A stretch of 64,000 bases of DNA, from assembly GCA_016618085.1 (NCBI GenBank), contig JABLTG010000020.1:62001-126000 (forward strand), given 5' to 3'. The notes below the pieces were generated by a model. The model was not told the DNA's origin. It made no database searches and was given only the letters and a program-made list of their open reading frames with translations. The translations under genes and the position numbers were made by a program. The DNA comes from Neovahlkampfia damariscottae (Eukaryota). Positions 1 through 13,023 of the stretch are shown in pieces; the stretch's first letter is position 1, and each line of letters opens with the position of its first letter.

Positions 1-3000
1 ATAATTTGATAATAAGAAATTGCAATACTAAATGAACTTAAATGTGATACTTTTAATTGTGCAAATTTGAAAAATAAGAGAATTAAAATAAAAAGAACAA
101 TGATAACACCAATCATTCTCCATTGAACATCTGTGTTACATATTTCACATTTTCCACTTGATTTATAATATCCTGAAGCACAATTTTCACATAATAATCC
201 TGTTCTTCCAATAATACATCCTCCATTTAATGAAGTATTTCCAGTACAAAATGATTGAGTGTTACATATCACAAAATTGAATGGTTCAATATCATCTTGA
301 ATCCAATAATATCCTTCTTTTGGTCTAGGTAAAGAAGATCCACCATCACAAATCCCACCTTTAACGCATGTGGAACATTCAATACCTGAATTGGTACCAT
401 TTTTTCTATATGCACCAGATTGACAATCACAATTTGTTAAATTTTTTGATCCTTCAACCGATTTGGTCAAAGTTGGACATTTTAAGCATGTTGTAGATCC
501 AGTTTCAGGTTGATATCTGTTTTCTTCACATTCAATACACTCAAAAAAACCTTCTTTGTGCTTATATTTTCCAGCCGGACATATTTGGCAAGGAACTTCA
601 TAATTTGAACCAAACTCACCAGGTTTACAAGATTGAACATCATAAGTTATTCCAGACCAAGAAACAAAATTCTTTTCATTGTAACTAAGATAAATACTTG
701 CTGTTTTATCTTCTGGATGTGAAGGTGTTGTGCAATTTACCATTGTGTCACTTAAAATTTTACAATCTATTGATGATCTAATTGTAGTTATTCTGAAGGT
801 AGCACGTAAATTATCTAACGAAATTTGATTCAAAAGATGAAATCCAGAACCAATTAGAGATATATCCACACCACCATAGGCAACACCAAAATTAGGAGAA
901 ATTGAAGTCACAACAGGTTTTGGATAAAGTGTAAATTCTTTTGCAACTGATGTTTGTGATGCAACGGTGTTTGCTACAACGATTTCCCATAAACCATAAT
1001 CATTTTCATTGATTGAATTTGTTGGTACTGTACAAACTACTTCATCTGAACTACGAACTGTTGGATTGTTATCATATTTTACGATGTTTGTTCCTTTTTT
1101 TGTAAAAATACACTGATCAACGTTCTTTGTGATTCCAGTGATTGTAATTGTATAAGGGTCAGAGTCATCAGGTCTAATAGGTCCAGTTGTTGGTGAATAC
1201 AAGACTATAACGGGGAATTTTGATTCCAAAAATGTCATAGTCAGTTTTGTGTCAATATAATCAATGCCATTCATTGCAAAATAAACTGATAAATCTTTTG
1301 GTAAAGTAGTACCTGTTGAATAAACATCTGGTGTGTTACACAATGCATAAGTTTCATTGATATAAGTGCAAGATTCTTCAAATGACAAACCTGTAATATT
1401 GTAGATAATAGATATTTTTGATGACATCACATATCCAGTTCCAAATAATTTCATAGTTGTTTTCGCTGGAGTGGTTTGACTGACTCCTTCATCACCAATA
1501 ATGGTCGAAAAAGTCAAATTTTTTTCATCTATAAAGGTTAATAAATTGAACTTCCAAACCATAAGAATTCAGCTCGATATTCATAGATTTCCAAGTCAAA
1601 TTATTTTGCGAAATTTCTACTTGATAACTAGAAGCAGGTAGGATTGGATTTTTAAAGGATAAGATTTCTGAACTAGTATATTGAATATCATTTATATTAG
1701 CAGAATAATCTGTTGAAACTAGTCTAAGAGAAATGTCTCCTGATTGAACAAATGGTTTTCCAGTTAGAGTTAAATCATAAACCAAATCATTTCTTATCGC
1801 ATTTGGCGAAATAACTGCGTTAGATATTGTCCCTTTGAAGATGTTATTCTAAATTAGAAGGTACTATAAAAATAAAATGGTTTTGAGGATTCAAAGAGTG
1901 TCTGTAATCCATTTGGGTTTGATAAAGTCAATATTCTGACAACAGGATAGAGTTCACAACTAAAGCAGTTTGAAATTTGTGCAGATTCACATTTTGTATA
2001 ATTATTTGTGGAATTGTTGATAATCAAAGTACAACAACTTCCATTTGTCAAAGTTGCATTATCCAAGCAGTAAGTGTTTTCAAATTTACAGTTACATAAT
2101 TCTGATAAAGTTGAAGTTGCTTTTGTTATCAACTTCGAATAGCCTTCATATGAAGTGTTGCTATTTGTATTGTGCAAAAAAGTTAGATCACATGAAAAAG
2201 TATTAGAAGTATCATTGAGTGTGCAAGACGGAATTTTGATATCGAAAGCAGTGAATTTATTTCTGAGATACCAAGTGTAATTGAATTGAGATGTATCTAA
2301 ATAACTTTCTAAACCTGATATTTCGAGTGAATTTGGCAATATTTCATTAAAAGTTTTTGCTCTAGGAGAAAAATGGAAACTTCCTAAAAGAAAATAGGAT
2401 GTAAGGGATGTCTATCTTACTTGGTTTAAAATATTTTAATAAAATGGAATTTCCTTGTGAATTAATCATAGGAAAATACTCTTTTCCATTTAAATTCAAT
2501 TCCATTTCAAAAGATTTTGGTAATTCAATGGTGAGGTCACTCAATTTGGGGCAAGGACAATTCATTTTTTGATTTTCATCATCCCAAATACATTTTTCAG
2601 TTGTTCTTTTGAATGATTTATCAATAATTGTTAAACTTATGGCATCTCTATGAGTAGAAGGAATTTGTGAATATAAATTTAATGTAAAGTTATTGAAACC
2701 AAAAACTGAGCAACCAATTTCTTCTGAGTACTTGGTGGAGGTATAAGTAGGAGTTATATCCGAAGTAAAATCTTTAAAATTTAGGAGAAATATATTTCTT
2801 TACCAAAAGTTGAAACTGTTAATGAATTTGAATTTATAAAAGAATTATTTCCGTCAAAACTCACATCAAATGTGAAATTTCCAGCTGATGAAAATGAATG
2901 TTCAAACGAAATAAGGCTGGAAGAAATTATTGTTCCAGAAAATACTTCCCCTGAACCAAATTTAATAAGAGCATTTTGACTTGAAGAAACGAAATTGTTT

Positions 3001-3804
3001 CCAGTGATTAAAAAATTTGATTTAAAACCAACTTCACTTAATTTTGGTGAAATATCTGAAATACTTATACCAGCTAAATATAATTAAAATTAAAATTCCA
3101 AACCAAAAAGTGTCAACGGTTTTCCAATTTTATAAATTTCATTTCTGACAGTATCTTCAAGTTGAAACTTAATTTGCCATTCTAATCCATCAATTGATGG
3201 ATAAAATGATGTTATATTATTCTTTGCTTCCGATGAAATTAAAAAATTATTTCCACTTTGTTGGTGTACAGATATATCTGGATTTAAAGATGCAACAAGA
3301 GTCATATTCTCCAATATTCTTTCTAAATTACCAAAGGCAATCTTTGGAATACTTTTAATTTGAAATACAGTGTCAGTATCATTTGGAGCGAATGAAGGGT
3401 ACAAAAACAAATCATCTTGTTGAAGTTAAAAATATAAATACAAACCAACAAAAGCAATGTTGTCAATGATATTATTATTTACATCTCTGAGTGTGCAACT
3501 TCCTGAGACAACAGATTTTTGGTACGTTATTTTGTGTTTGTATTGAACAGTTCCAGTGGTATTGATAGTGGTTACAATACAAGAATTCAAATTAAACTCT
3601 TCACATTTACATGTTCCATTCGGTGGTGTTTGGTCAGCTATATAAATGAGTTCAACAAAATCTTGAGTTTTAATTGTTGTGATAATTTTTCCTTTCATTT
3701 ATTAATGAATGATTTAAATTACCTCCTTTCACTATTTCATATTTTATTAGAGCTTGATTGATAAGAATGAAAGTAAAGAATAGAAAAACTGAGATTGTCT
3801 TCAT
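1..3804 (-). CDS. Large surface protein: signal peptide, tandem IPT/TIG-like domains, Cys-rich (GCC2/GCC3-like) repeats, then TM segments; 3' end runs off the window
   Basis: ATG 3804 (MKTISVFLFFTFILINQALI). Seven GT-AG introns (3692-3722, 3416-3445, 3074-3103, 2772-2803, 2384-2420, 1833-1864, 1529-1559) join the ORF fragments in frame. Contains CKPGEFG..CQICPAGKYK, GRTGLLCENC and hydrophobic MIGVIIVLFILILLIF. Confidence 0.8.
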
Positions 3805-3888
3805 TCTCAGGTGTCTGGGAAATATCTGTTTGTGATTGGTTGTTTTTCCAACGTTCAATTTCTTCTTCATTGGAGGTGATTCTAAAAA
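3805..3888. promoter_or_regulatory. 84-nt bidirectional promoter with a single CCAATCA box
   Basis: TGATTGG 3833-3839 between divergent ATGs 3804 and 3889. Confidence 0.6.
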
Positions 3889-4215
3889 ATGAAAAAAATC
3901 TTTTCAAAAACGATTTCAAACAAATTCTTAAAAACTTATTCCAATAAAAAATTGACTTATGATGAAAAAGTGATCAGACAAATTCAAAACGAAATTCCAA
4001 AAATTTTCGAAAAATACATGAACGGAGAAGAGTTGTCGAGGAAAGAAGAAATTGAATACCAAAGTACTTTAAATAGAGCAGTTTATAAATCCAGACAAGT
4101 AGAGATTGAAGGCTATGAAGAAAGAGTTTCACAAAATACTGATAAAAATACAAAAGAAATACACAAACAAACAGGAAAAGAATTACCTGAAGGCTATGAA
4201 TATGTTAAATATTAA
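3889..4215 (+). CDS. Small hypothetical protein, possibly mitochondrial (basic, acid-free N-terminus)
   Basis: 108-aa intronless ORF filling the gap between two genes; N-terminus MKKIFSKTISNKFLKTYS; TGATTGG 50 nt upstream. Confidence 0.6.
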   Translation: MKKIFSKTISNKFLKTYSNKKLTYDEKVIRQIQNEIPKIFEKYMNGEELSRKEEIEYQSTLNRAVYKSRQVEIEGYEERVSQNTDKNTKEIHKQTGKELPEGYEYVKY

Positions 4216-4219
4216 ATAT

Positions 4220-4963
4220 TTATTTATTTTTTAAAATATCAATTTCTTCTCTAATTTTTACTGATTCTTGAGTGGCGTATTCATATCTTTCTAATAATTC
4301 TTTCAATTCATCATCAACTTCTTTCATCACTTTTTCATATTTTTCAATTTCAAATTTCTCATTAAATGGTTTTAAATATTTATTCAACATTACATCAATT
4401 GATAAAGGTTTTGGTTTTACAGGAACTTGTGTTAATACTTTATATAAATCTTCTTTTGGGTCAACAAATATTATTTCTTGTATTTTATTAGAAATTACAG
4501 GTGAATTTTCTGTTGTTTCTTCACTTGCAGAAAATAATTTCAAAAGATGAATGAACTGAAAAAAAGTTAAAAAAAAAAAAAAGAAACGTCTAATTTCTTT
4601 TCAGTTGGATCAATAAATTCAACTATTAATGTAAATATTGTTAATTATTCATACTTGAAAACATAATTTCAAATTCGCCCCATCCTTTAATGAATTAGAG
4701 AAAAGAAAATATATACCAACTTCAGTCACTTCATATGGCGGTGAATAAAATGTTCGATATGGATTTTCAAAACTTGGATGAAGTTGAATTGTAACAGATT
4801 TTATATAACTAATATCGTCTTCTGTTTGTAAACCTCTTAAATACGCTGTCCATTTATGAGTATTAACTTGATCAGATGATCCTTCCATGTCATCTCTTAC
4901 AACTGAATATGTTCCAAATGATATTTTTCGTTTCAGTATTCCTTTTATCCTTCGTTCTTCCAT
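4220..4963 (-). CDS. YAF9: YEATS-domain protein (Yaf9/GAS41)
   Basis: THKWTAYLRG, LHPSFENPYR, PPYEVTEV|GWGEFEI after splicing three short introns; C-terminal coiled coil. Confidence 0.9.
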
Positions 4964-5084
4964 CTAAAAAAAAAAAAATAAATGGTCCAATCAAAGAGCA
5001 AAGAAAAAAAAAGAACAATTACAAACATCAAACGAAGGTTAAATAATTTGAATAATTTATAAAACAAATTGGAAGTATCATTTT

Positions 5085-5635
5085 TCAAATTCCCAAAGCT
5101 CTTTTTTTAATAATTTCGAATTCTTTTTGAGTTAATCTTCCTGCTTTTACATGTTCAGATAATTTTTCAAAGTCATCAATACCTTAAATTGTTAGAAAAC
5201 TATAAATCCTGACTCCATCCACCAACTGGTTCTTTAACAGTTTCTTTTGATTCAACTGAAGGTTTGACAGTTGTGTAAGTTTTTTTTTCAGTTGTTGGTT
5301 TATCTTCTTTTTTAGTGGACATTAGCGTAGAAGTTGCATTTGTTTTTGACGATGAAACTTTTCCGGTTTGTTTTGCTTGAATTTTAATTATTGGAACAAA
5401 ATCAAAAGTGATATCACTCCAACCATCAGGCATTTCTCGAATTTCTTCTTCTAATTCTTCCCAAATTATTGGTTTTTTTAGAGCCCTTGATATTTTTATT
5501 TTTTTTTATTTCTTTTTACCATTCATAAGCTATCTTTTTTATGTTGATTCTACCTTTTTTGTCTAAAGGATATTTTCCTTCTCTTACTTTTCTTCCATTG
5601 CCATCAACTAACACAACATCAACAGGTTCGTTCAT
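5085..5635 (-). CDS. Hypothetical protein with C-terminal SHOCT-like helix pair
   Basis: Three exons from MNEPVDVVLVDGNG; last exon IDDFEKLSEHVKAGRLTQKEFEIIKKRALGI* fits the SHOCT pattern. Confidence 0.65.
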
Positions 5636-5732
5636 TTTTTGCTCAACAAGAAATGAATTTTTGATTGGCTGAAAAAAATAATTCTTATTTTTATTACTAC
5701 CAATTAGTGATATGATGAATCATTTTGGATAA

Positions 5733-6035
5733 TTATTTGTAACTTTCCAATATTTTTTTAAAAATTGGTATTGAATTTTCAATCATTTTTTCATTAGAAG
5801 TAAAACAAATTCTAAAATTACCAGACATTTCACAAGTGGAACCATTTAAAATCCAAATATTTTCTTTTTTCAAATCTTCAATGAATTTAACATCATCTTC
5901 AATTGGTATTTTTACCATTAAATAAAATGTTGATTTTGGTTTTAGAGGAAAATGATAGATATCCAATTTGAATCAATGCATTATAAATTTTATCCCTTCT
6001 ATTTTCTAATGATTTCAAATCAATTGATAATCGAT
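5733..6035 (-). pseudogene. 5'-truncated, frameshifted class I/II PLP-dependent aminotransferase remnant
   Basis: LSIDLKSLENRRDKIYNALIQIGY / HFPLKPKSTFYLMVK...GNFRICF is an aminotransferase C-terminus. A TATC duplication at 5954-5961 breaks the frame. No upstream PLP-lysine region or start codon is visible. Confidence 0.7.
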
Positions 6036-6064
6036 TGTTTCGTTTACTGTTTTTTTGCAACTTT

Positions 6065-6345
6065 TATACGATTATCTCTTTCTTTTCGAGTCATTTTATG
6101 TACATTTCGTTGTTTATGAGTATGAACGTTGTGTTTTTTCATCCATCTTCTGATAGAGGCGGAAGAAGGAGCATTTATTGGGTCTTCTTTTTTCCAAACC
6201 TTTTCTAAAATAAGTGCACTTTTTTTTTTTCTTTTTTCTCAGCCAACATCTTCTTGTGGCTACGAAGGCTATAACTGTTTTCACAAACGGTTTCTTGTTT
6301 TGATTCTGAATTTTGTACTTCCTTTAAGTATTCAGGAACTTCTAT
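6065..6345 (-). mobile_element. Possible decayed transposase HTH fragment
   Basis: Broken frames include ALILEKVWKKEDPINAPSSASIRRWMKKHNV, reminiscent of the Tc1/IS630/pogo S-x-x-T-I-x-R-W HTH. No TIRs or DDE domain seen. Confidence 0.25.
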
Positions 6346-6596
6346 TTTAAAAAAATTATGCAAAACTTTGCTCTTTCAGGTTTTTTTGAATTGTTTTTGA
6401 TAAAATATTTTCCATCTATTCTACAAGAAATAAGTATTTGTATTGACGAAGAAAACAAATGTGTTTTTTGTTCAGAAAAATGTATGTCGATAAAATTAGA
6501 TGATTGGCTGAACATACTCCCTTCTAATGAAAATTCCACCAATAAGATATCCAGTTTCTCACCCAATAAAAAATCACTTGGAAACTTTAGTTGAAG

Positions 6597-9500
6597 ATGA
6601 AAATTGTTTCTATTTTCTTGTTTTTGCTTTTCAACTTTTTGTTGATTTCAGCTCAGAATCTTCAACTCTCAAATCATGTGGGCGGAAATGTTGAGAAAGA
6701 AGCTTATGCTCAATTTTATTTGCCTCAACTCAACGAAGATTTAAAAAATGGAGAACATTTAGTTTTTGTTTTAACACCTTTATCAGGCTCTGTTGAACTT
6801 TATATTTCCAAAGATGGAAATGCTACAAGAGAGCAACATACTTGGAAAGGTAAGAGATAATTGATATTAATACATTTCCATAAGGAACTCATTCAGGATC
6901 AAATATTCAATACATTAATAATACAGATCCAAATTACACAAAAGGACCATTTTGGATTAGTGCTTATGGTTTAGAAAAATCTTATTTTCATGTTATTGCT
7001 TATCTTGACACTCAAGAAATTGTTCTTATTGAAAGAGAACCTCAACTTTCTCATGTTCAACCTGGAAAATATCAATTTTTTAAGTACTACTTAGAAACAA
7101 ATACTTCATTTCAAGTTAGTGTCACACCAATTACTGGAGACCCAGATGTTTATGTAAAAATTGGTGGAAGACCTTCAAGAGAAAATTCACAATGGCGTTC
7201 AGCTGCTTTTGGAATTGATGTTCTTTTTATTGAAAACACAGAATCAGAATTTAAATATGGTGTTACTTATTTCTTTGCTGTTTATGGTTGGACTGATACA
7301 TTGTTTTCAATTGCTGCTGCAAAAGAAGGATGTAAATTATTAATTCATATTCTTATTTTTATTTTTTAGCAACTGAAGTATTGACAGAAGGTATTCCACA
7401 CGGTAAAAGTGTTAAATCATCATGGCCACATTCATATGCTTATTTTGAATATAGATTGACAAACCATCATGATTTATTTTTTGAAGCTAGACCAGCAGTT
7501 GGAGGAGATTTGCCACATCTTTGTATTTCTACAGAACCAAATCCATCAATTGAAGCAGGAACATGCAAATGGACATCTTATTGTTGTGATCATGGAAAAA
7601 GTTTTTTTTTTTTATAACTAAACGTTTCAGCTGACATCAGAATTTTAAAAACAGATCCAAATTATAAACAAAATGCAATATATTACATTGGATTGACTGG
7701 TCACGCCGACGAAACTTCTCGTTTTGTAGCTTCTGTTACAGGAACAACAAGTGAAAAAACACTTCTTTTAGTGCAAGGTGTTTCACAAAATCACAGAGGA
7801 ACTGTTGGTACATATCAATTTTTTAGATTTTATTATGGAAACGCAGAAGAAAGTTGGGCACTTACAGTTACAAAGCAATTTGGCAGAGTCGAAATTTATT
7901 GTAGTAATGATCCTACAAATTCACAACCAACAAAAGATAAATATGATTATAAATCACCTGATTCAGGAAGTTCTAAAATAGTTAGACTTGGATTTAGAAG
8001 TGGTAGAGCTGATATTGGTTGGTATTATTGTTCAACACTTTCCGTTCAAGCAAGTAACTACACAATCGTTGCAGCAACAGAGTCAAGTTTGTTTGTTTTT
8101 TTTTGACATTTTTACTAGGTCAATATCAATTAGAAACTGGACAAATTACATACGCAAGTGGACCCCCAGAAGGTTATTATAAATATTTTGCATATGATTG
8201 CAGAAAAGAAGTAATGAACGGAACAGATATCACAATCAGTATTCATTATTATTCAGGTTATGGTTACTTTTATGCTGGAGTCGAACCAAGACCAACAATT
8301 TCATCTCACAAATGGTTTGGATATCATACACTTGTAATTCCAGGTAAATACTTGGCAAAAGAAAAACCAAAAGCTATTTATGTTGGTGTATATGGATCAT
8401 CTGGCAGAAGAGGATTTTTATCAATTGTTGCACATACATCAACTTCACCAATTCAATTAATTTCTGGTTCAACTTCAAATGGAATTGTTAGTGATGGAAG
8501 ATATGTGAATTACAAATTCAGTAATTATCATGTTGGAAGACTTCGTGCTCATTTAACCATTAAAAATCCTGACGGAGACGCTATGATGTACGCAGCTACT
8601 TATCCAAGCCCAGATGCTAATGAACATCAATATGCAACAAATTATTTTGGACCAAAAACTATTATCATTGAAAATCCAGGCTATTCAACATATTATTTTT
8701 CAGTTCGTGGAATTTCTCCTTTGAATGCTACTCAATATTCAATTAGAATATCAGCTGATTATGAAAGACTTGCAACTTGGGACTATCCATTTACAGATGA
8801 TGTACCAAAAGATGGTGTGAGATATTATCAAACATCAGTCAGCAGATTTTCTTCAAAATTAATGGTTCAAACAACATCAACTGATGGATGGACAGAAATG
8901 TATATGCTTCCTGGTGAATCACAACCAAGCAGAAATAACTTTACTTACAGAAGTACATCTTTTCATGGAAACGTGATCAAAATGACCAGAGATAGTCCTA
9001 GATGGAAAGACGGTGTTTGGACAGTAGCTGTTTATGGTAGAGAAGATTCAGATTATCTCATATCAGCTCAAACTACTCAAGGATACATCACACTTGGTCA
9101 ACCAATTACAGGAGGTGCTGCTGCAAATGATATTGCATATTACAGAGGATATGTACTCAATGGAAAAAGTTATTTTATTAATGCAAAAACTTTTCGTTCT
9201 GATACATGCATTAGAGTTTATGCATCTCAAGACACTACTCGACCAAATAAAGATAATGCAAAATGGATTGGTACATCCAACCCATTATATCAAAATCAAG
9301 TTTTAATGGGAATCAAAGCGGAAGAATTGGATAACAATAGATGGTATATGTACATTGGTGTTCAACCATGTGATCAATCAAACAGAACAAGAACTTTTGA
9401 ACTCACAACATCAGTTGGACATTATCCATTTTATGTCACTCAAGAGTCTGCCATTGTTCATTCCCAAAATGAATACTTCATTGAAAAAAAACCATGGTAT

Positions 9501-10478
9501 GTTGTAAATGCAAACAAGTATTCCAAAGGATTTCATTTTTATGTGGACTCTTGCACAAATAAACCAATTTCATCAACTGTTTATGCAACAACTAAAATAA
9601 CTGCTGGATACCCAGTCACACCTGATAACAAAGAATTTGAAAGCAAAGTTGTTGATAAAAGAGGATTTACAACTGCTATTGAAATGACACAATCATTACA
9701 AGGAAAACAAATCAAATTAACCTTGAAAAGAAATGAAAACGCAGCTCATTTGTTTTCCATCTTCTCATCATTGAAAGATAAAGACCCAAGACCAAAATGT
9801 GTATCATTCACAAAAACTTTTGTTAGATTTGTCCCAGGACAAGAACATGGAAAACCTCATCCAATGGGAGAATTTGATTTCATTGTTGGTGCAATTGAAT
9901 CAGATTATTATCCTTTAACTTATGAATTTCATTTTGCTGAATCAGTTAATGATCAATCTGGTAATTTCAACACTCCATGTGGTATCAGAAATAGTAAAGG
10001 AGATGGTATTTTCAAAACAGTTAGAGTTGATGCTCCAAAAGCAATTGAATTAAAATTTGCATTTGATGCAAGAAAAATCCATCAAGCAAATCTGATTGTT
10101 AGAGATAGATACGGAAGAGAAATGACATGTGAACCTGTTCAACTTTCAACATCTTTGTCAGGTGATATTTGGAATGCAACTATTCCTCTTGGAGGTTTCT
10201 TGTTTACTTTTATTGCTGTTGGAATCTCAATTTATTTAGTCATTGGAATGATTGTCAAGAAAGTTGTTTATAAATCAGAAGGACTTAATTTGATTCCAAA
10301 CATTGAATTTTGGAAAGACGTTCCTGCACTTGTAATTGATGGAGTGATTTTTGTTTTCACTTGTGGAAAAAGATCAAATCCACACCAATCTGTTGAAGCA
10401 ACTCCAAATGATTCAATTGATAATCCATTTGATGCTACAGAAGTTAACAATGAATCAAAAGGTTATGGTAGTATTTAA
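6597..10478 (+). CDS. Large type I membrane protein: repeated beta-sandwich (PPC-like) ectodomain with a CD-M6PR/Atg27-like TM and tail
   Basis: Signal peptide; introns 6850-6884, 7332-7369, 7601-7630, 8087-8118; repeated G-D-P-D-x-Y / Y-Y-I-G-V-x-G modules; tail GLNLIPNIEFWKDVPALVIDG; C-terminal YGSI (YxxPhi). Confidence 0.8.
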
Positions 10479-10609
10479 AATAATAAAAAAAATTTTATAA
10501 AATTGGATTGTTTTCATTTTTCGAAAAACCATATTTTTTTAACGGTTAGAAAAAAAATTAACCAATCAAATAGCGTTTTCCTTGAAGAGAAAAGATAAGT
10601 CGTTACAAA

Positions 10610-13016
10610 ATGATTGAGGAGGAAAAAGAAGTTTTATGTGGTAATCTATTATTAAACTAACCAGAAAAGATATTTGTTCTGAAAATATTGCCACGTTATT
10701 TTGTAAAGATTGTGAACAAGGAATTTTGTGTCAAAGTTGTTCAAAATTTTTTCATTCAACCAAAAAAAGAAGTCATCATATACCTGAATCATTGAATAAA
10801 AAACAAACATCAAAGATAAATTGTTCAAGACACAACAAAGAAAGACTAAAATTGTATTGTAAAGATTGTGAGTGTTTAGGTAAGACTAAAGTAGTTTATT
10901 CAACCAATTTAGTTTGTTTAAGTTGTGTAACTGAGAATCATTCTGGACATTTTTGTTGTCAACCATCTGAAGGAATAAATGAATTATGTACAAAATTATT
11001 ACAAGAAGAGATTAAATTAGATGAAAAAATAAAAAAACAAAACTTAAAATTGAATTCATTTCAAAAAGTCTCTATGGAAATTGAAGAAGAAAAAGAAATA
11101 TTAAAAAAAGAGATTGAAGAAGGATTTGAAGATTTAAAAAATATTTTAAAAAAAAAAGAAGAAAATTTAAAAGCACAAGTTGAAAATTTTGAAAGTTCAA
11201 AATTAAAAAAGATTAGATATTATTCTGAATTATTAAAAACATCAATTTCAAATTTAAATTTTATTGAACAAGAGACCAATGAATTAATTAAAAAAAAAGA
11301 TACAACCATTGAATTTTGTGATGATTTAATTAATTTTAAACAAAAAATTGAAAAAGAAAATGAAAATGATAAAATTGAAAATACACCTGAAATATATCAT
11401 ACTGTACATAAAACATTTGATGCTACAAGTTATGTTGAAAATTTAAAATCATTATGTCTTATACCAACTATAAGTAAATTAAAAAAAAATTAAAATATAT
11501 TAGATCCATCTCTATGTTCTGTTATACCTGAAACATATTTTAATGGTATAATTGAAGAAGAATTAAAATTTACTTTAATCTTAAAAGATAAAATTGGAAA
11601 ATTAATTTCATTACATGAATATGAACATAATATTAGAATATTTATTGAAACTAAACCAAAAAATTTAACAAAAGAACCAATTTTAATTATGAAAAAGAAA
11701 GGAGATGATACTTTTAATGGTTTATCTATTTCATTTCAAAGTTTTTGTACAGGTATTTATACATTAAGAATATTATGTGGTAATCAAGATGTAAAAGATT
11801 CACCTTATAAAATTGAAATATTTGATGAATTACCAGCTACTATGGATTTAAAAATTAAATTAAATGATAGTTTAAATTCAAGTTTTAATTTTTTAAAACA
11901 AAACTTTTGGTTCAAAGATGATGAAAATAGATTTTTAATAATTGATTTTAAAGGTGAAATATTACAAGATTTTGATTTATCTGAAAAATTAAAAAATGAA
12001 ATTAAATTTAATTCATTTTCATTTGATAAAGATGGAAATATTTATTGCGCAGATGGTCATAAACATTTTTTTAAATTTGATCCAAATTGGGAATTAAAAT
12101 TTAGGTAAAATTTAATTTTTTTAATCATTTGAAAAGAATTTATCCAGCAGAAGGAAATTTTTCAAGTTCAATTTTATTTGATGGTGAATTCATTTTAGCA
12201 ATTTATAAACGTGGACCATTATTAATTTTAGATAAAGATCAAGGAACGACCATTGAAATTATAAAAATTGAAAATTTAGAAAATGTAACTGATTTTGTAT
12301 TATTAGGTGGTAAAATATTCATTTTAGATTCTGGTATTATAAAATGTTTTACAAAAAAAGGATATTTTTTATATCAAATTGATGATTTTATAAACGTAAA
12401 ATCAATTACAGTTGTAAATTATCTTTTATATGCATGTCAAAATAATTCATCAAAATGGGTCAAAGTTTATTCACCAAAAGATGCTTTAATTATAAATTTA
12501 TCAGATGATGAAGATGATTCAGATTTATCAAATGAAAAAAAATCATTTTTTGATAAATTATCAATATCATTTTATACAAGTAATCAATCAAATTCAAACA
12601 AAGATTTAAGATCTCCAATGCATAATAATTTAGTTAAATCACCAAGAAGTCAAAATAATTTAGTTAAATCACCTAGAAATAATCAATTAATTAAATCACC
12701 AAGATCTCAAACGAAAACAAAAAATCAATCATCTAATTCAACACCTTCAAAAAGATCACCTGAATTTGGTTCACCAAGAAATTCTGATGAAAATAAATCA
12801 ATTTTTCATACACCATCAAAATTAAATACACCATCAAAAAATAATACACCAAAATATAATACACCTTTGAATAAGAGTGTTTCAAGTCGAACTCCAAATA
12901 GTGTTCAAAGTTCAAATCAAAGTCCAAATCCAAATCCAGATAAATTAAATGTTTCAAATGAAACTTCAAAGAGTTTCTTTAGTTTTATGTCACCAAGATT
13001 TCCAAATAAAAAATAA
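10610..13016 (+). CDS. TRIM-like protein without RING: two B-boxes, coiled coil, filamin-type Ig, NHL/beta-propeller-like region, SP-rich tail
   Basis: CDIC..ATLFCKDC..LCQSC..FH; CSRHNKERLKLYCKDC..VCLSC..H; filamin-like GIYTLRILCGNQDVKDSPYKI; four short introns. Confidence 0.8.
12624..12710 (+). repeat. Three imperfect coding tandem repeats encoding NN(L/QL)(V/I)KSPR
   Basis: aataatttagttaaatcacc(a/t)aga twice plus a degenerate third copy. Confidence 0.8.
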
Positions 13017-13023
13017 ATATTTA

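Noticed and set aside
1487..1560. Apparent in-frame TGA or frameshift in the IPT gene (readthrough or alternative code)
   Set aside because: The phase-1 intron 1529-1559 restores the frame (DEKNLTFSTIIGDEG); conserved Trp residues use TGG in the motifs I checked.
7594..7630. Possible non-canonical GA-AG intron
   Set aside because: A canonical GT at 7601 gives a 30-nt intron that keeps the frame.
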